Assembly (NCBI GenBank): GCA_016720805.1
Contig: JADKJZ010000002.1
Span: 92,664 to 156,663 of the forward strand
Direction: 5' to 3'
DNA from: Gemmatimonadota bacterium
GTDB lineage: Bacteria > Gemmatimonadota > Gemmatimonadetes > Gemmatimonadales > GWC2-71-9
DNA length: 64,000 nt
In this document: piece after piece, positions 48,174 to 56,837 of the stretch
Position numbering within the stretch: the first letter of the stretch is position 1
Layout: each line of letters begins with the position of its first letter
The notes under the pieces: model-generated
The model's input: only the letters and a program-made list of their open reading frames with translations
Told to the model about the DNA's origin: nothing
Databases searched by the model: none
Position numbers and translations under genes: made by a program

Positions 48174-48629
48174 TCAGGAAGTGCGCAGACGCTCCAGCGC
48201 GACGCGCTCAAGCTGCGCGAGTTCGGCGGTGTACACGCGGCGCAGGTACGACGTCGCCAGGATCTTCTCGAACCATCCCAGGATGCCGGGCTTGTCGTAT
48301 TCGGTCGTGATCGTGACCATGGCAGCGTTCGGTCCGCGCGGCTCGACCAGAAAGGTGGTGACGATGCCGGAGGTGAGCGTCTCCCGCAGCTCCGTCCCCG
48401 GCCGCGGCTCGGTGACATCACCGGTGGCGATGTTCAGGCGGCCGAACGCCTTCATCTCGAAGCGGATCTTCGTGCCGGCGCCGCGGCCCCCCTCGAGGAC
48501 GTCGAGCGCCCCGAAGTACTTGGCCGGGAGGATGTGGGGGTGCCCTGTCCGGTAGTCCGCAATGATGTCGTAGACGGCGGCCGCGGGGGCAGGGATCGGG
48601 CGACCTTCCGAGAGGCGAATGTTTGGCAT
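48174..48629 (-). CDS. SRPBCC (polyketide cyclase/START-like) family protein
   Basis: 151 aa: PAPAAAVYDIIADYRTGHPHILP...TFLVEPRG...VTITTEYD. Confidence 0.7.
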   Translation of the reverse strand: MPNIRLSEGRPIPAPAAAVYDIIADYRTGHPHILPAKYFGALDVLEGGRGAGTKIRFEMKAFGRLNIATGDVTEPRPGTELRETLTSGIVTTFLVEPRGPNAAMVTITTEYDKPGILGWFEKILATSYLRRVYTAELAQLERVALERLRTS

Positions 48630-48717
48630 GGCGCGTCAGGGGGTTGAAGGCTGTCGGGACCGCCTCCTCAGGCGGGCTGGGTCTGGGACTCCATTAAGTG
48701 TACTGCGCGGGCGTGGG

Positions 48718-49239
48718 TCAGATCACGACAAGGGGTCGGGCCATCACCAGGTCTCGCTGGTCGTCGTCGCCGAGGGAGAAGGGGAGCTCGCCGACCTCGG
48801 CGAAGCCGTACTTGTGGTAGAAGGCGATCGCCCGCGGGTTGTGTTCCCAGACGCCGAGCCAGGCCACGTCGCAGCGGCGCGCCTGCATCAGCCCGAGCGC
48901 CGCCTCCATCAACTGCTGGGCGACGCCCTGGCCGTGCCATTCGCTCGCCACGTAGAGTCGCTGGATCTCGCCGGGGGTGTTCGCCGCGACGCACGGCGGT
49001 GCCACCTCCCAGCGGAGCTGAGTGAAGCCGATCAGCACGCCGTCTGCCTCAAAGACCAGGGTGGTCATGCGCGGGTCGGCGATCTCCTCGGCCTGGATTG
49101 CCTCGCCGTACCGTTCCCGGGTGTGGTGATCCATGTTCTCGGGTGTGTTCATTGGGCCGAATGCCTCGCGAAAGGTGCGCTCGCCGAGGTGGGCGAGTTC
49201 ACGGGCGTCGCGCGGGGTGGCGTGGCGGATGGTGGGCAT
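48718..49239 (-). CDS. GNAT-family N-acetyltransferase
   Basis: 173 aa. Motif A: RLYVASEWHGQGVAQQLM...NPRAIAFYHKYGF. Confidence 0.9.
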   Translation of the reverse strand: MPTIRHATPRDARELAHLGERTFREAFGPMNTPENMDHHTRERYGEAIQAEEIADPRMTTLVFEADGVLIGFTQLRWEVAPPCVAANTPGEIQRLYVASEWHGQGVAQQLMEAALGLMQARRCDVAWLGVWEHNPRAIAFYHKYGFAEVGELPFSLGDDDQRDLVMARPLVVI

Positions 49240-49377
49240 GGCGAGCGTGACCTGTCAGCGGGAAATGTCGGGCGTCAGCCGACGCGCGCCCAGAATACGC
49301 TGCCCGGGTCATCGCGCGCCACGATGGGCGGCTCGGGGTTGGGCCCCGCTGGTTGCCACCATCATACCCGGCGTTAC

Positions 49378-49393
49378 ATTGTACCGATCGTTC
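49378..49393. promoter_or_regulatory. Half-operator copy (16 nt identical to the palindrome at 50006-50035) in the GNAT/TetR divergent spacer
   Basis: attgtaccgatcgttc is identical to positions 4-19 of the reverse complement of the downstream palindrome. The right arm is degenerate. Confidence 0.45.
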
Positions 49394-49410
49394 CATCGCC
49401 TGGAGAGCCA

Positions 49411-49971
49411 ATGCCCCCCGCCGTACTGAGTCGAGATGAAGTCGTCGCCCGCGTGATGGCGGTGGTCCGCCGACAGGGGTACGACGGTGCCTCGCTTTCC
49501 GAACTCTCGAAGGCCACCGGTCTCGGCAAGTCGAGCCTCTACCACTACTTCCCCGATGGGAAGGACGACATGGTCGGCGCAGTCGTCAGCCACCTCGATG
49601 CTTCCCTCGAGGCGGCGGTGTTCGCGCCGCTCCGCGAGCCTGGCCAGCCAGCGGCCAGGTTGCGCGCCATGAACGAGGTGCTCGAGGGGTTCTATCACGG
49701 CGGCCGCGAGGCCTGCGTCCTCGCGATCCTCGGTGTTGGCGATGCCTCCCGCCGCTTCCATCCCCAGGTGAAGAAGATCTTCCGCAGCTGGATCGACGCG
49801 ATCGCCAGCGCCCTTCGGGACGACGGCCTCCCACGGCACGTAGCCCAGGCGCGCGCCGAGGATGCCGTGGCGCGGATCGAGGGGGCGCTGGTGCTCGCAC
49901 GCTCGCTCGACGAGCCGGCGATCTTCGGGCGGGCGCTGCAGAGTCTTCCGGACGAACTGCTGCGACGCTGA
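49411..49971 (+). CDS. TetR/AcrR-family transcriptional regulator
   Basis: ATG at 49411. HTH GYDGASLSELSKATGLGKSSLYHYFPDGKDDM. Confidence 0.9.
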   Translation: MPPAVLSRDEVVARVMAVVRRQGYDGASLSELSKATGLGKSSLYHYFPDGKDDMVGAVVSHLDASLEAAVFAPLREPGQPAARLRAMNEVLEGFYHGGREACVLAILGVGDASRRFHPQVKKIFRSWIDAIASALRDDGLPRHVAQARAEDAVARIEGALVLARSLDEPAIFGRALQSLPDELLRR

Positions 49972-50005
49972 GGCCGGGCGCCCCTTGCGCGGATTGGGGG
50001 CAGTC

Positions 50006-50035
50006 GGTATTGTACCGAACGATCGGTACAATACC
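50006..50035. promoter_or_regulatory. Perfect 13-4-13 palindrome, candidate TetR operator upstream of the CMD/MOSC/DUF1348 genes
   Basis: GGTATTGTACCGA-acga-TCGGTACAATACC. It lies 29 nt upstream of the ATG at 50064 and 35 nt after the tetR stop. Confidence 0.55.
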
Positions 50036-50063
50036 TTTGCCTACTCAGCCACGGAGAAACACC

Positions 50064-50609
50064 ATGTCCCGGATTCAGCCCGTTCTTCCCTCGACCGCCA
50101 CTGGCTTGCCCGCTGAGCACCTCGCCGCGACCAAGAAGCTCTTCGGGTCGACCCCGAACCTCTTCACGACCGCAGCCCAGTCCCCTGCAACCCTGGCCGC
50201 GATGAACGGCTTCTTCGCCTCGCTCGGCAAGGCCCCTCTGGGCGGGAAGGTCGGTGAGCAGGTCGCCATCGCCGTAGCCCAAGCCAATGGCTGCGAGTAC
50301 TGCCTTTCGGCGCACACCGCCATCGGCGGAATGCATGGCGTCAGTGCCGCCAATCTCGCCTCGGCTCGCCACGGACACTCGGACGACCCGAAGACGCAAG
50401 CCGCCATCACGCTGGCGCTCGAGATCGTCCGCACCAAGGGTCGCGTGTCAGATGCGACGCTTGCGGCTGCTCGCACGGCGGGGTTCACTGACGGCGACAT
50501 CGTGGAGGTGGTGGGCCACGTCGCCCTCAACATTTTCACCAACTATCTGAACAACCTGGCCGAGACCGAAGTGGACTTCCCGCTCGTGGCGATCGAGCAG
50601 GCGGCCTAG
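50064..50609 (+). CDS. Carboxymuconolactone decarboxylase / AhpD-like family protein
   Basis: ATG at 50064 follows ACGGAGAA. CxxC-H motif GCEYCLSAH. Typical AhpD-like repeat. Confidence 0.85.
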   Translation: MSRIQPVLPSTATGLPAEHLAATKKLFGSTPNLFTTAAQSPATLAAMNGFFASLGKAPLGGKVGEQVAIAVAQANGCEYCLSAHTAIGGMHGVSAANLASARHGHSDDPKTQAAITLALEIVRTKGRVSDATLAAARTAGFTDGDIVEVVGHVALNIFTNYLNNLAETEVDFPLVAIEQAA

Positions 50610-50613
50610 CCCG

Positions 50614-51261
50614 ATGGCGCTCACCCTCGGCCAGTTGTGGCGTTACCCGGTCAAGTCGATGGCCGGGCAGCAACTTGCCCACGCCACCCTCACCGACCTC
50701 GGCGTGCCGGGCGATCGACGGATCTGGGTGCGCGGTCCCGAGGGTGTGCGCACTGCGCGGAGACAATACCAACTGCTCGGATTGCGCGGGACGATCAGCT
50801 CTGAGGGCGAGGTGCTGGTCAATGGGCACGCATGGGACTCCCGGGCGGCCGGCGATCTCGTGCGCGCCGCTGCGGGGGAGGACGCCTGGCTCGAACGCGC
50901 ACCGATGGGCCACCAGTTCGACATCTTGCCGTTGCTGGTGGCCACCGATGGGGCAGTCACCGCATTCGGGCGTGACATTCGGCGACTACGGCCCAATCTT
51001 CTGATCAACGGCGTCGAGGGGATGGCCGAGACCACCTGGGAAGGCGCGGAACTCGAGATCGGCGACGCGATCATCGAACTCGACTCGCTCCGCGGACGCT
51101 GTCCGATGACGACGGTCGACCCAGACACGATCACCCGGGATCCCGCTGTGCTCAAGGATATCGGACGACGCTTCGGAGGGAAGCTCGCACTCAACGCGGC
51201 TGTCGGTCGCGGTGGGAATATCACCGTCGGGGACCCCGTCACCCTTCACCGCAGGAGGTAG
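50614..51261 (+). CDS. MOSC domain protein
   Basis: 215 aa: [11 protein letters not shown]...GDRRIW...RPNLLI...[15 protein letters not shown] (conserved Cys). Confidence 0.85.
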   Translation: MALTLGQLWRYPVKSMAGQQLAHATLTDLGVPGDRRIWVRGPEGVRTARRQYQLLGLRGTISSEGEVLVNGHAWDSRAAGDLVRAAAGEDAWLERAPMGHQFDILPLLVATDGAVTAFGRDIRRLRPNLLINGVEGMAETTWEGAELEIGDAIIELDSLRGRCPMTTVDPDTITRDPAVLKDIGRRFGGKLALNAAVGRGGNITVGDPVTLHRRR

Positions 51262-51266
51262 CACGC

Positions 51267-51728
51267 ATGCGTCCACCTATCCCCCCGTTCGATATCGCCT
51301 CCGCCACGCTCAAGGTGCGCGCCGCGGAGGACGCCTGGAATCGGCGCGACCCCGCCAAGGTCGCGCTCGCCTACACACCGGACAGTCGGTGGCGGAATCG
51401 CTCGGAGTTCATCACCGGCCGCGCCGAGATTGAGGCGTTCTTGACGCGGAAGTGGGCCAAGGAACAGGAGTACCGACTGATCAAGGAGCTGTGGGCGGTC
51501 ACCGGCGATCGCATCGCGGTGCGCTTCGTCTATGAGTGGCGGGACGCCGATGGCCAGTGGTTCCGCTCGCACGGCAACGAGAACTGGCGCTTCGATGCGG
51601 AGGGCTACATGGCCGAACGGCACGCGAGCATCAATGACGTGCCGATCAGCGAGGCGGAGCGGAAGTTCCGCTGGGAGCAGGGCGTGCGACCGGCTGACCA
51701 TCCCGGGTTGAGCGAGCTCGGACTCTGA
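51267..51728 (+). CDS. DUF1348 (NTF2-like) family protein
   Basis: 153 aa: [57 protein letters not shown]...[26 protein letters not shown], the hallmark family pattern. Confidence 0.85.
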   Translation: MRPPIPPFDIASATLKVRAAEDAWNRRDPAKVALAYTPDSRWRNRSEFITGRAEIEAFLTRKWAKEQEYRLIKELWAVTGDRIAVRFVYEWRDADGQWFRSHGNENWRFDAEGYMAERHASINDVPISEAERKFRWEQGVRPADHPGLSELGL

Positions 51729-51759
51729 GCGCCGTCTGGCATGGTGGCGGGTGTTGTCG

Positions 51760-52266
51760 CTAGGTCGGGGACGATCCGACAGCTGCCCCGAGCGCCAGTT
51801 CCACGTCGCCACGCATCGACTCCGGCGTGTCGGTCGGTGCGTAGCGCTTGATCACCGCCCCGTCTCGTCCGACCAGAAACTTCGTGAAGTTCCACTTGAT
51901 CGCCTCGGTGCCGAGCATGCCGGGCCGCTCCTCCTTCAGCAGGCGGAACAGCGGGTGCGTGTCATCGCCATTGACGTCGATCTTCGCGAACATCGGGAAG
52001 GTCACGTCGTAGCTGGTCGAGCAGAAGGTCGTAATGTCGGCCTCGCTCCCGGGTTCCTGCGCGCCGAACTGGTTGCAGGGAAAGCCGAGCACGGTGAGGC
52101 CCTGCGGGCCCAGTGCGCGGTGGAGCGCTTCGAGTCCGGCATACTGGGGCGTGAGGCCGCATTCGCTCGCGGTGTTCACGATCAGCAACACCTTCCCGCG
52201 GTACTGGGCGAGCGTCTGTTCGGTGCCGTCGATGGTGCGCACGGGAATGTCGTAGAGGGTGGTCAT
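51760..52266 (-). CDS. Glutathione peroxidase
   Basis: Trimmed to MTTLYDIPVRTIDG... LLIVNTASECGLTPQY, GFPCNQFGAQEPG, WNFTKFLV. Confidence 0.9.
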   Translation of the reverse strand: MTTLYDIPVRTIDGTEQTLAQYRGKVLLIVNTASECGLTPQYAGLEALHRALGPQGLTVLGFPCNQFGAQEPGSEADITTFCSTSYDVTFPMFAKIDVNGDDTHPLFRLLKEERPGMLGTEAIKWNFTKFLVGRDGAVIKRYAPTDTPESMRGDVELALGAAVGSSPT

Positions 52267-52369
52267 CCCGCAATATCGAGGGGGTGGGGGCCTGCGACCA
52301 CCCTGGCGCACCGATGTGGAACTCTGGTGGTAGAATTCCAGTCAGGAAGAACTCGAACCAGGGATCTCG

Positions 52370-54763
52370 ATGCGTCGTCCGGCCTGTCTCGCCCTGTTGG
52401 TCGCTGCCACCGCGTGCGGCGGTGCCGCTCCTGTTGACCCGGTCCCGCCGCCGCCTCCCCCGCCGGGGAGTGCGACCGGACGTCCGATTTTCACCAGCAC
52501 CGCCGTGGGGAGCGGCGGTGGCACCATCCGCTATACCAAGGCAGGTGACCCACTCGATGGTTTGTCCATCACGGTGCCCGCGGGGGCGTACACCGGGGCC
52601 ACGTCGTGGACCCTCGTTGCAGATTCTGCCGCCGTACCGTCCTTGCCGACCGGTTTTTCCCAGGTCGGGCCGACGCTGCTGATCGGGAACGGGCAGGGAT
52701 ACGCCAGCAGCAACATGACGCTCACGATGCCGATGCAACTGGCCGCGACCGAGACGGTGGCACCCTTCTACTTTGACCCCGCCACCAACACCCTCGAAGG
52801 GATTCCGATCGTTGCCGCCACGGAGAACTCCGTGACGCTTGCCACCAAGCATTTCAGCGCCAGCCAGATGGCCATTCCCGGGAGCGGCCCCTCGCTCGGC
52901 ACGGCGCCGGCATCGCTCAGGCAAGCATTCGGCGATATCCATATCGTGTGGGTCAAGACCACCACGGCCTCACTGGTCGGCAGCTGGAGCTCCACGTTCC
53001 GCCCCGGTGTGGACGACTGGGAATTCACCAACTATGGCGATTTTGTCGGGCCGGGTGGCGACTGCGAAGGTATGAGCATCACGGCGATGTTTTATCACTA
53101 TTACTTCCATCCCACCGCCGCGGGGAAGGGGCTGTATCACCAGTTCGACACCACCCTGGTGAATCAATGGGACAACATCCAGGGGATCCGCTTCGCGGGT
53201 GGTGTTCAGGGTGACTACGAGGAGATCTGGGATTCCGGCGTCCGCCAACTGTACACGCTCATCGAGCAGGGAATCGCGGCCGGCATCCAGACGAAATTTC
53301 TGACCTCCACCTGGATTCTCCTCACCCTCAAGCTGACCCAGCAACCGGTCTTGATGGCCTTGCAGGGCACGAGCGGCGGGCACCGGGTCGTGGCCTATGC
53401 CGCGACCTTCGACGGCACAAAGACGGTGGTGTCGTTCGCCGATCCGAATGACCCTGGCGTCGCCAGGACCATGAACTTCGTCTCGGGCGTCGCGACGCCG
53501 GTCTCAATGCAGCAGAATGTCAGCAGCCCGGCGACGGCCTACGGGAAGGTCTGGGCCCTCGGCGTCACGGCGGAAGTCCCGCTTCGGCAAATCAATGCTC
53601 GGTGGCAAGAGTTTGTCGCGCGAACCTCAAGCAGGGACCGCTATCCCGCGACGTACCAGTTGGAGGATTCGCTCACCGTGGATCAGAGCTGGGCGCGCGT
53701 GGTGCCAGGTGACACGGTCTGGACCGGACAAGGACTCACCGTGCGCTTCATGTGCAGCGCGTGTACGGTGCGCGCTGTGGCCGGCACCGACCAGCAATTC
53801 GTCTACTTCTGGGAGGAGGACGGTAGCAGGCCAGTCTCCTCGCTTAACATTCCCGACGGCTTCTCCACCTACTTGATGGTGTTCAAGGCGCTCTCGCCGT
53901 ATCCCGCGAGCGACCCCGGGCAGCTCGGTTTCGTCGACGTCCAGAAGATGACGGTCGGATATCACGTGCTGACCGTCACGGCGCCCGCTGGAATCACCGG
54001 GGCCGTTCCCGCCAAGCTGACGGCTCACCCAGGCGTCCTGGCCAGGGCGCAGTCGATCTATGTCTGGCAGTTCAACGATGGGACCACCCCCGCCACGGTG
54101 ACGGTCACCGGCGATAGCACGGTGACGCATGCCTTTCCCGTTGGTGGGCCCTATACGGTGTCTGTCACCATGCGTGACCCGGTCCGCGCACCAGCCGCGA
54201 CCGGCTTCGGGACGGCCACCGTGCCGGTCACGGCGGCGCCCACCAACTTCGCCTGGCGGTTCACGTCGGCCACGCTGGTCTCGTCGCAGTTGCCGCCTGG
54301 TGGCATCGGCAGCGAGAAGTCCGACACGACGATCTTCAACCTGTTCAACGGCTGGAGCCAGAGTCTCACGAGCACGCCACAGAACTCGTTGCTCTTCCTG
54401 TACAACGTTCCCAGTCCGGCATGTCGCGCGCTCTATCTGGAGCAGTTCCCTCCAGGACAATATGCCCCCGTCCTCGATTCCTCCTTCTCGGGTGTGCTCA
54501 AGGCATTCCTCGGCTCCGACTGTCCGCCAGACCCCTCGTACATTTGGTCGTTGACGATGGGGACGCTCGGGAGCGGGACGCTGATCGCCTCGGCCGTGAA
54601 CATTCCGCAGCCGGATGAGATTTCGCTCCCAGGTGGTTCGCTGAATGCCACGATGTCAGGGCTCACGCTCACCGGCACGCTGATCTGGCCCGTGCGATAC
54701 AGCAGTGGCCTTGCATACCACACCTTCAGTTTCCAGGCGACGCGGGTGTTGCCCCCTCCGTAA
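52370..54763 (+). CDS. Large lipoprotein with C39-like (papain-fold) Cys-His-Asp signature and a PKD domain
   Basis: 797 aa. MRRPACLALLVAATAC lipobox and a poly-Pro linker. GGDCEGMSITAMFYHYYF (Cys232), GGHRVVAYAATFDGTKTVVSFADPNDPG (His338, Asp358). PKD-like YVWQFNDGTTPATVTVTGDSTVTHAFPVGGPYTVSVTMRD (aa ~563-603). Confidence 0.7.
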   Translation: MRRPACLALLVAATACGGAAPVDPVPPPPPPPGSATGRPIFTSTAVGSGGGTIRYTKAGDPLDGLSITVPAGAYTGATSWTLVADSAAVPSLPTGFSQVGPTLLIGNGQGYASSNMTLTMPMQLAATETVAPFYFDPATNTLEGIPIVAATENSVTLATKHFSASQMAIPGSGPSLGTAPASLRQAFGDIHIVWVKTTTASLVGSWSSTFRPGVDDWEFTNYGDFVGPGGDCEGMSITAMFYHYYFHPTAAGKGLYHQFDTTLVNQWDNIQGIRFAGGVQGDYEEIWDSGVRQLYTLIEQGIAAGIQTKFLTSTWILLTLKLTQQPVLMALQGTSGGHRVVAYAATFDGTKTVVSFADPNDPGVARTMNFVSGVATPVSMQQNVSSPATAYGKVWALGVTAEVPLRQINARWQEFVARTSSRDRYPATYQLEDSLTVDQSWARVVPGDTVWTGQGLTVRFMCSACTVRAVAGTDQQFVYFWEEDGSRPVSSLNIPDGFSTYLMVFKALSPYPASDPGQLGFVDVQKMTVGYHVLTVTAPAGITGAVPAKLTAHPGVLARAQSIYVWQFNDGTTPATVTVTGDSTVTHAFPVGGPYTVSVTMRDPVRAPAATGFGTATVPVTAAPTNFAWRFTSATLVSSQLPPGGIGSEKSDTTIFNLFNGWSQSLTSTPQNSLLFLYNVPSPACRALYLEQFPPGQYAPVLDSSFSGVLKAFLGSDCPPDPSYIWSLTMGTLGSGTLIASAVNIPQPDEISLPGGSLNATMSGLTLTGTLIWPVRYSSGLAYHTFSFQATRVLPPP

Positions 54764-54857
54764 GGCGGATGCGCGCTCGGGGCCAAGGTGTGCTCCAGTG
54801 CGCTTCAGGCTCGCGCCTTCTCCGCCACCTCCGGCTCGATTCCGGCGCGCCCCTCCC

Positions 54858-55307
54858 TCAGTCGTCCGGCCAGATGCGCTGCTCGGATCCGGACGCGCCA
54901 AAGGTGAATCGCATGCTGGCCCAGCCCGATACCGCGCAGCCCTGGTACAAGGCAGGCACGAAAATGAGGTCGCGGCTGAACTTCCTGAGTTTGCGCACGA
55001 ATCCAGAGTCGGGCATCCCTGTCACGATCGTGCTGTCGACCTTCCCACGTCGATCGACTCGCATCGTCAACGTGACCAACGAATCGAGGTACTTCTTCGG
55101 TGGTTGCCCCTTGATGATGACCATGGAACGCACGTAGGGTTTCCAGTACACGCCGCGTGTCGTGTCGCCCGGAGCCGGCAGGAAGACCTCTGTGCACTCC
55201 ACCTCCGGCCGACGCGGCGGTCGTTCGCCCGTTTGCACGACCAATTGCCCTGATGCGGGAGTGGCCACAGTGAGCAACGCCGCCAGGGCGAGAAGAAGCC
55301 GAGTCAT
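54858..55307 (-). CDS. Small secreted protein, weak TonB-C-terminal-like pattern
   Basis: 149 aa. Signal MTRLLLALAALLTVATPASGQ. VTLTMRVDRRGKVDSTIVTGMPDSGFVRKLRKFSRDLIFVPALYQGCAV resembles the TonB_C topology. The functional call is weak. Confidence 0.5.
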   Translation of the reverse strand: MTRLLLALAALLTVATPASGQLVVQTGERPPRRPEVECTEVFLPAPGDTTRGVYWKPYVRSMVIIKGQPPKKYLDSLVTLTMRVDRRGKVDSTIVTGMPDSGFVRKLRKFSRDLIFVPALYQGCAVSGWASMRFTFGASGSEQRIWPDD

Positions 55308-55421
55308 CTGGTACTCCGAGGGTGGTGCCTACAATCCTGGCTGCAGGGGTCGGTCGCGCGCCACTGCGCGCGCGGCCCGATTATCATTGCCTCCTTCTCC
55401 AAACCCTTTCCCGAGACTGTC

Positions 55422-55826
55422 ATGACCGCTCCTGCGCTGAACGCGACCAACCTGGGCTGCTCCATCACCTGCACCGACCTCGCGGCCTCGATCCGCTTCT
55501 ACCGCGATGCCATCGGGTTCGCCGTGGCGCAGCAATTCGAGAACGAGGGGAAGGTCGTCGCCGCCGTGATCGTCGCCGGCAACATCCAGATCGTTCTCAA
55601 CCAGGACGACGGCAAGCTCGGCTGGGACCGGATCAAGGGGCAGGGCTGCTACCTGCAGATCAACGTCCCGACCTACGCCGACGTCGACAGCACGGCCGAG
55701 CGGATCAAGGCCAACGGCGGAACGCTGCTGAGCGAGCCGGCCGATCGCCCGTGGGGCGCGCGGATGTTCCAGTTCAAGGATCCCGACGGCTTCAAGCTCG
55801 GGGTGTCGACGCCGCTGGTGGCGTAG
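55422..55826 (+). CDS. VOC/glyoxalase-fold protein
   Basis: 134 aa: ASIRFYRDAIGF...RPWGARMFQFKDPDGFKLGV. Confidence 0.8.
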   Translation: MTAPALNATNLGCSITCTDLAASIRFYRDAIGFAVAQQFENEGKVVAAVIVAGNIQIVLNQDDGKLGWDRIKGQGCYLQINVPTYADVDSTAERIKANGGTLLSEPADRPWGARMFQFKDPDGFKLGVSTPLVA

Positions 55827-55839
55827 GCCCGACGGACCG

Positions 55840-56202
55840 CTAGAGCCGAACGCCCTGGGGTGCGGTGAACGTCGGATCCTCGACGTTCCCCGTGTTCCGG
55901 GTCGCGGCGGGCTCGAAGATCAGCACCTCGACCTCCTCGTCCGCGACCGTGCGGTGTTCCACGCCGCGCGGTACCACGAGGAACTCGCCGGGACCGAGCT
56001 CCACCACGCTGTTCCGGAACTCGACCAGGAAATGGCCGCGCACGCCGAGGAAGAGCTCGTCCTCGTGGTCGTGCTGGTGCCACACGAACGTTCCCTTGAA
56101 CTTCGCGAGCTTGACCTCCTGCCCGTTCAGTTCGCCGACGACCTTGGGGCGCCAATGCTCTGTGATCAGGGCGAACTTCTCGGCGAGGTTGACCTTGTCC
56201 AT
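55840..56202 (-). CDS. Cupin-domain protein
   Basis: 120 aa: FVWHQHDHEDELFLGVRGHFLVEF......GEFLVVPRGVEHR. Confidence 0.85.
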   Translation of the reverse strand: MDKVNLAEKFALITEHWRPKVVGELNGQEVKLAKFKGTFVWHQHDHEDELFLGVRGHFLVEFRNSVVELGPGEFLVVPRGVEHRTVADEEVEVLIFEPAATRNTGNVEDPTFTAPQGVRL

Positions 56203-56259
56203 CGTCCCTCCCAGATGCGCACGTGGCGCTCGGCCTGCGGTGGTCGTCCCAACCTCCGC

Positions 56260-56748
56260 TCAGAACCAGCGACGCACCCGCGCGCGATACGCTCGGTAGT
56301 CCTCGCCGAAGAGTCGCTCGAGATAGCGTTCCTCGCGATGGATCACCCCCACCTGCATCACCGCCAGCACCACCGGCAGGGCAAGCAGTGGCCAGACGCT
56401 GTTCCGCCAGACCGCGATGCCGAGATAGCAGAGCGTGAAGCCGACATACATCGGGTTCCGCGAGAAGCGATACGGCCCGACTGTCACCAGCGCCTTGGTC
56501 GGCTTCCAGGGCTCGGGATGGGTGCGTGCCTTCCGGAAGGCGAGCACGGCCGGGAGTGCAATGAAGCCGAGGAGTACCAGCACGAGCGCACCCGGCATCG
56601 TGGCGCGTCCGGCGACGAGCGGCCACGGCGACCAGCGGTTGAGCAGCAGGCCTGCCAGCAGCGGGACGCCGTAGATGAGCGGCGGCGGGGCGATCACTCC
56701 GGCGGTCCTGGCGCGCGGGGTGTCTGGCGTGTGCGTCCCGGAGGACAT
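56260..56748 (-). CDS. Isoprenylcysteine carboxyl / phospholipid methyltransferase (ICMT/PEMT) family membrane protein
   Basis: Only the last 162 aa of the 352-aa track ORF look real (MSSGTHTP...). GPYRFSRNPMYVGFTL...HREERYLERLFGEDYRAYRARVRRWF. Confidence 0.8.
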   Translation of the reverse strand: MSSGTHTPDTPRARTAGVIAPPPLIYGVPLLAGLLLNRWSPWPLVAGRATMPGALVLVLLGFIALPAVLAFRKARTHPEPWKPTKALVTVGPYRFSRNPMYVGFTLCYLGIAVWRNSVWPLLALPVVLAVMQVGVIHREERYLERLFGEDYRAYRARVRRWF

Positions 56749-56837
56749 CAGTCGTTCACACGCCCGACGGATCAGCCTGCCCTGCAGCGAGGTAGATCCA
56801 TGTCGCCTGACTCCTTGGCGGGCATCCTGCAAAGTGC

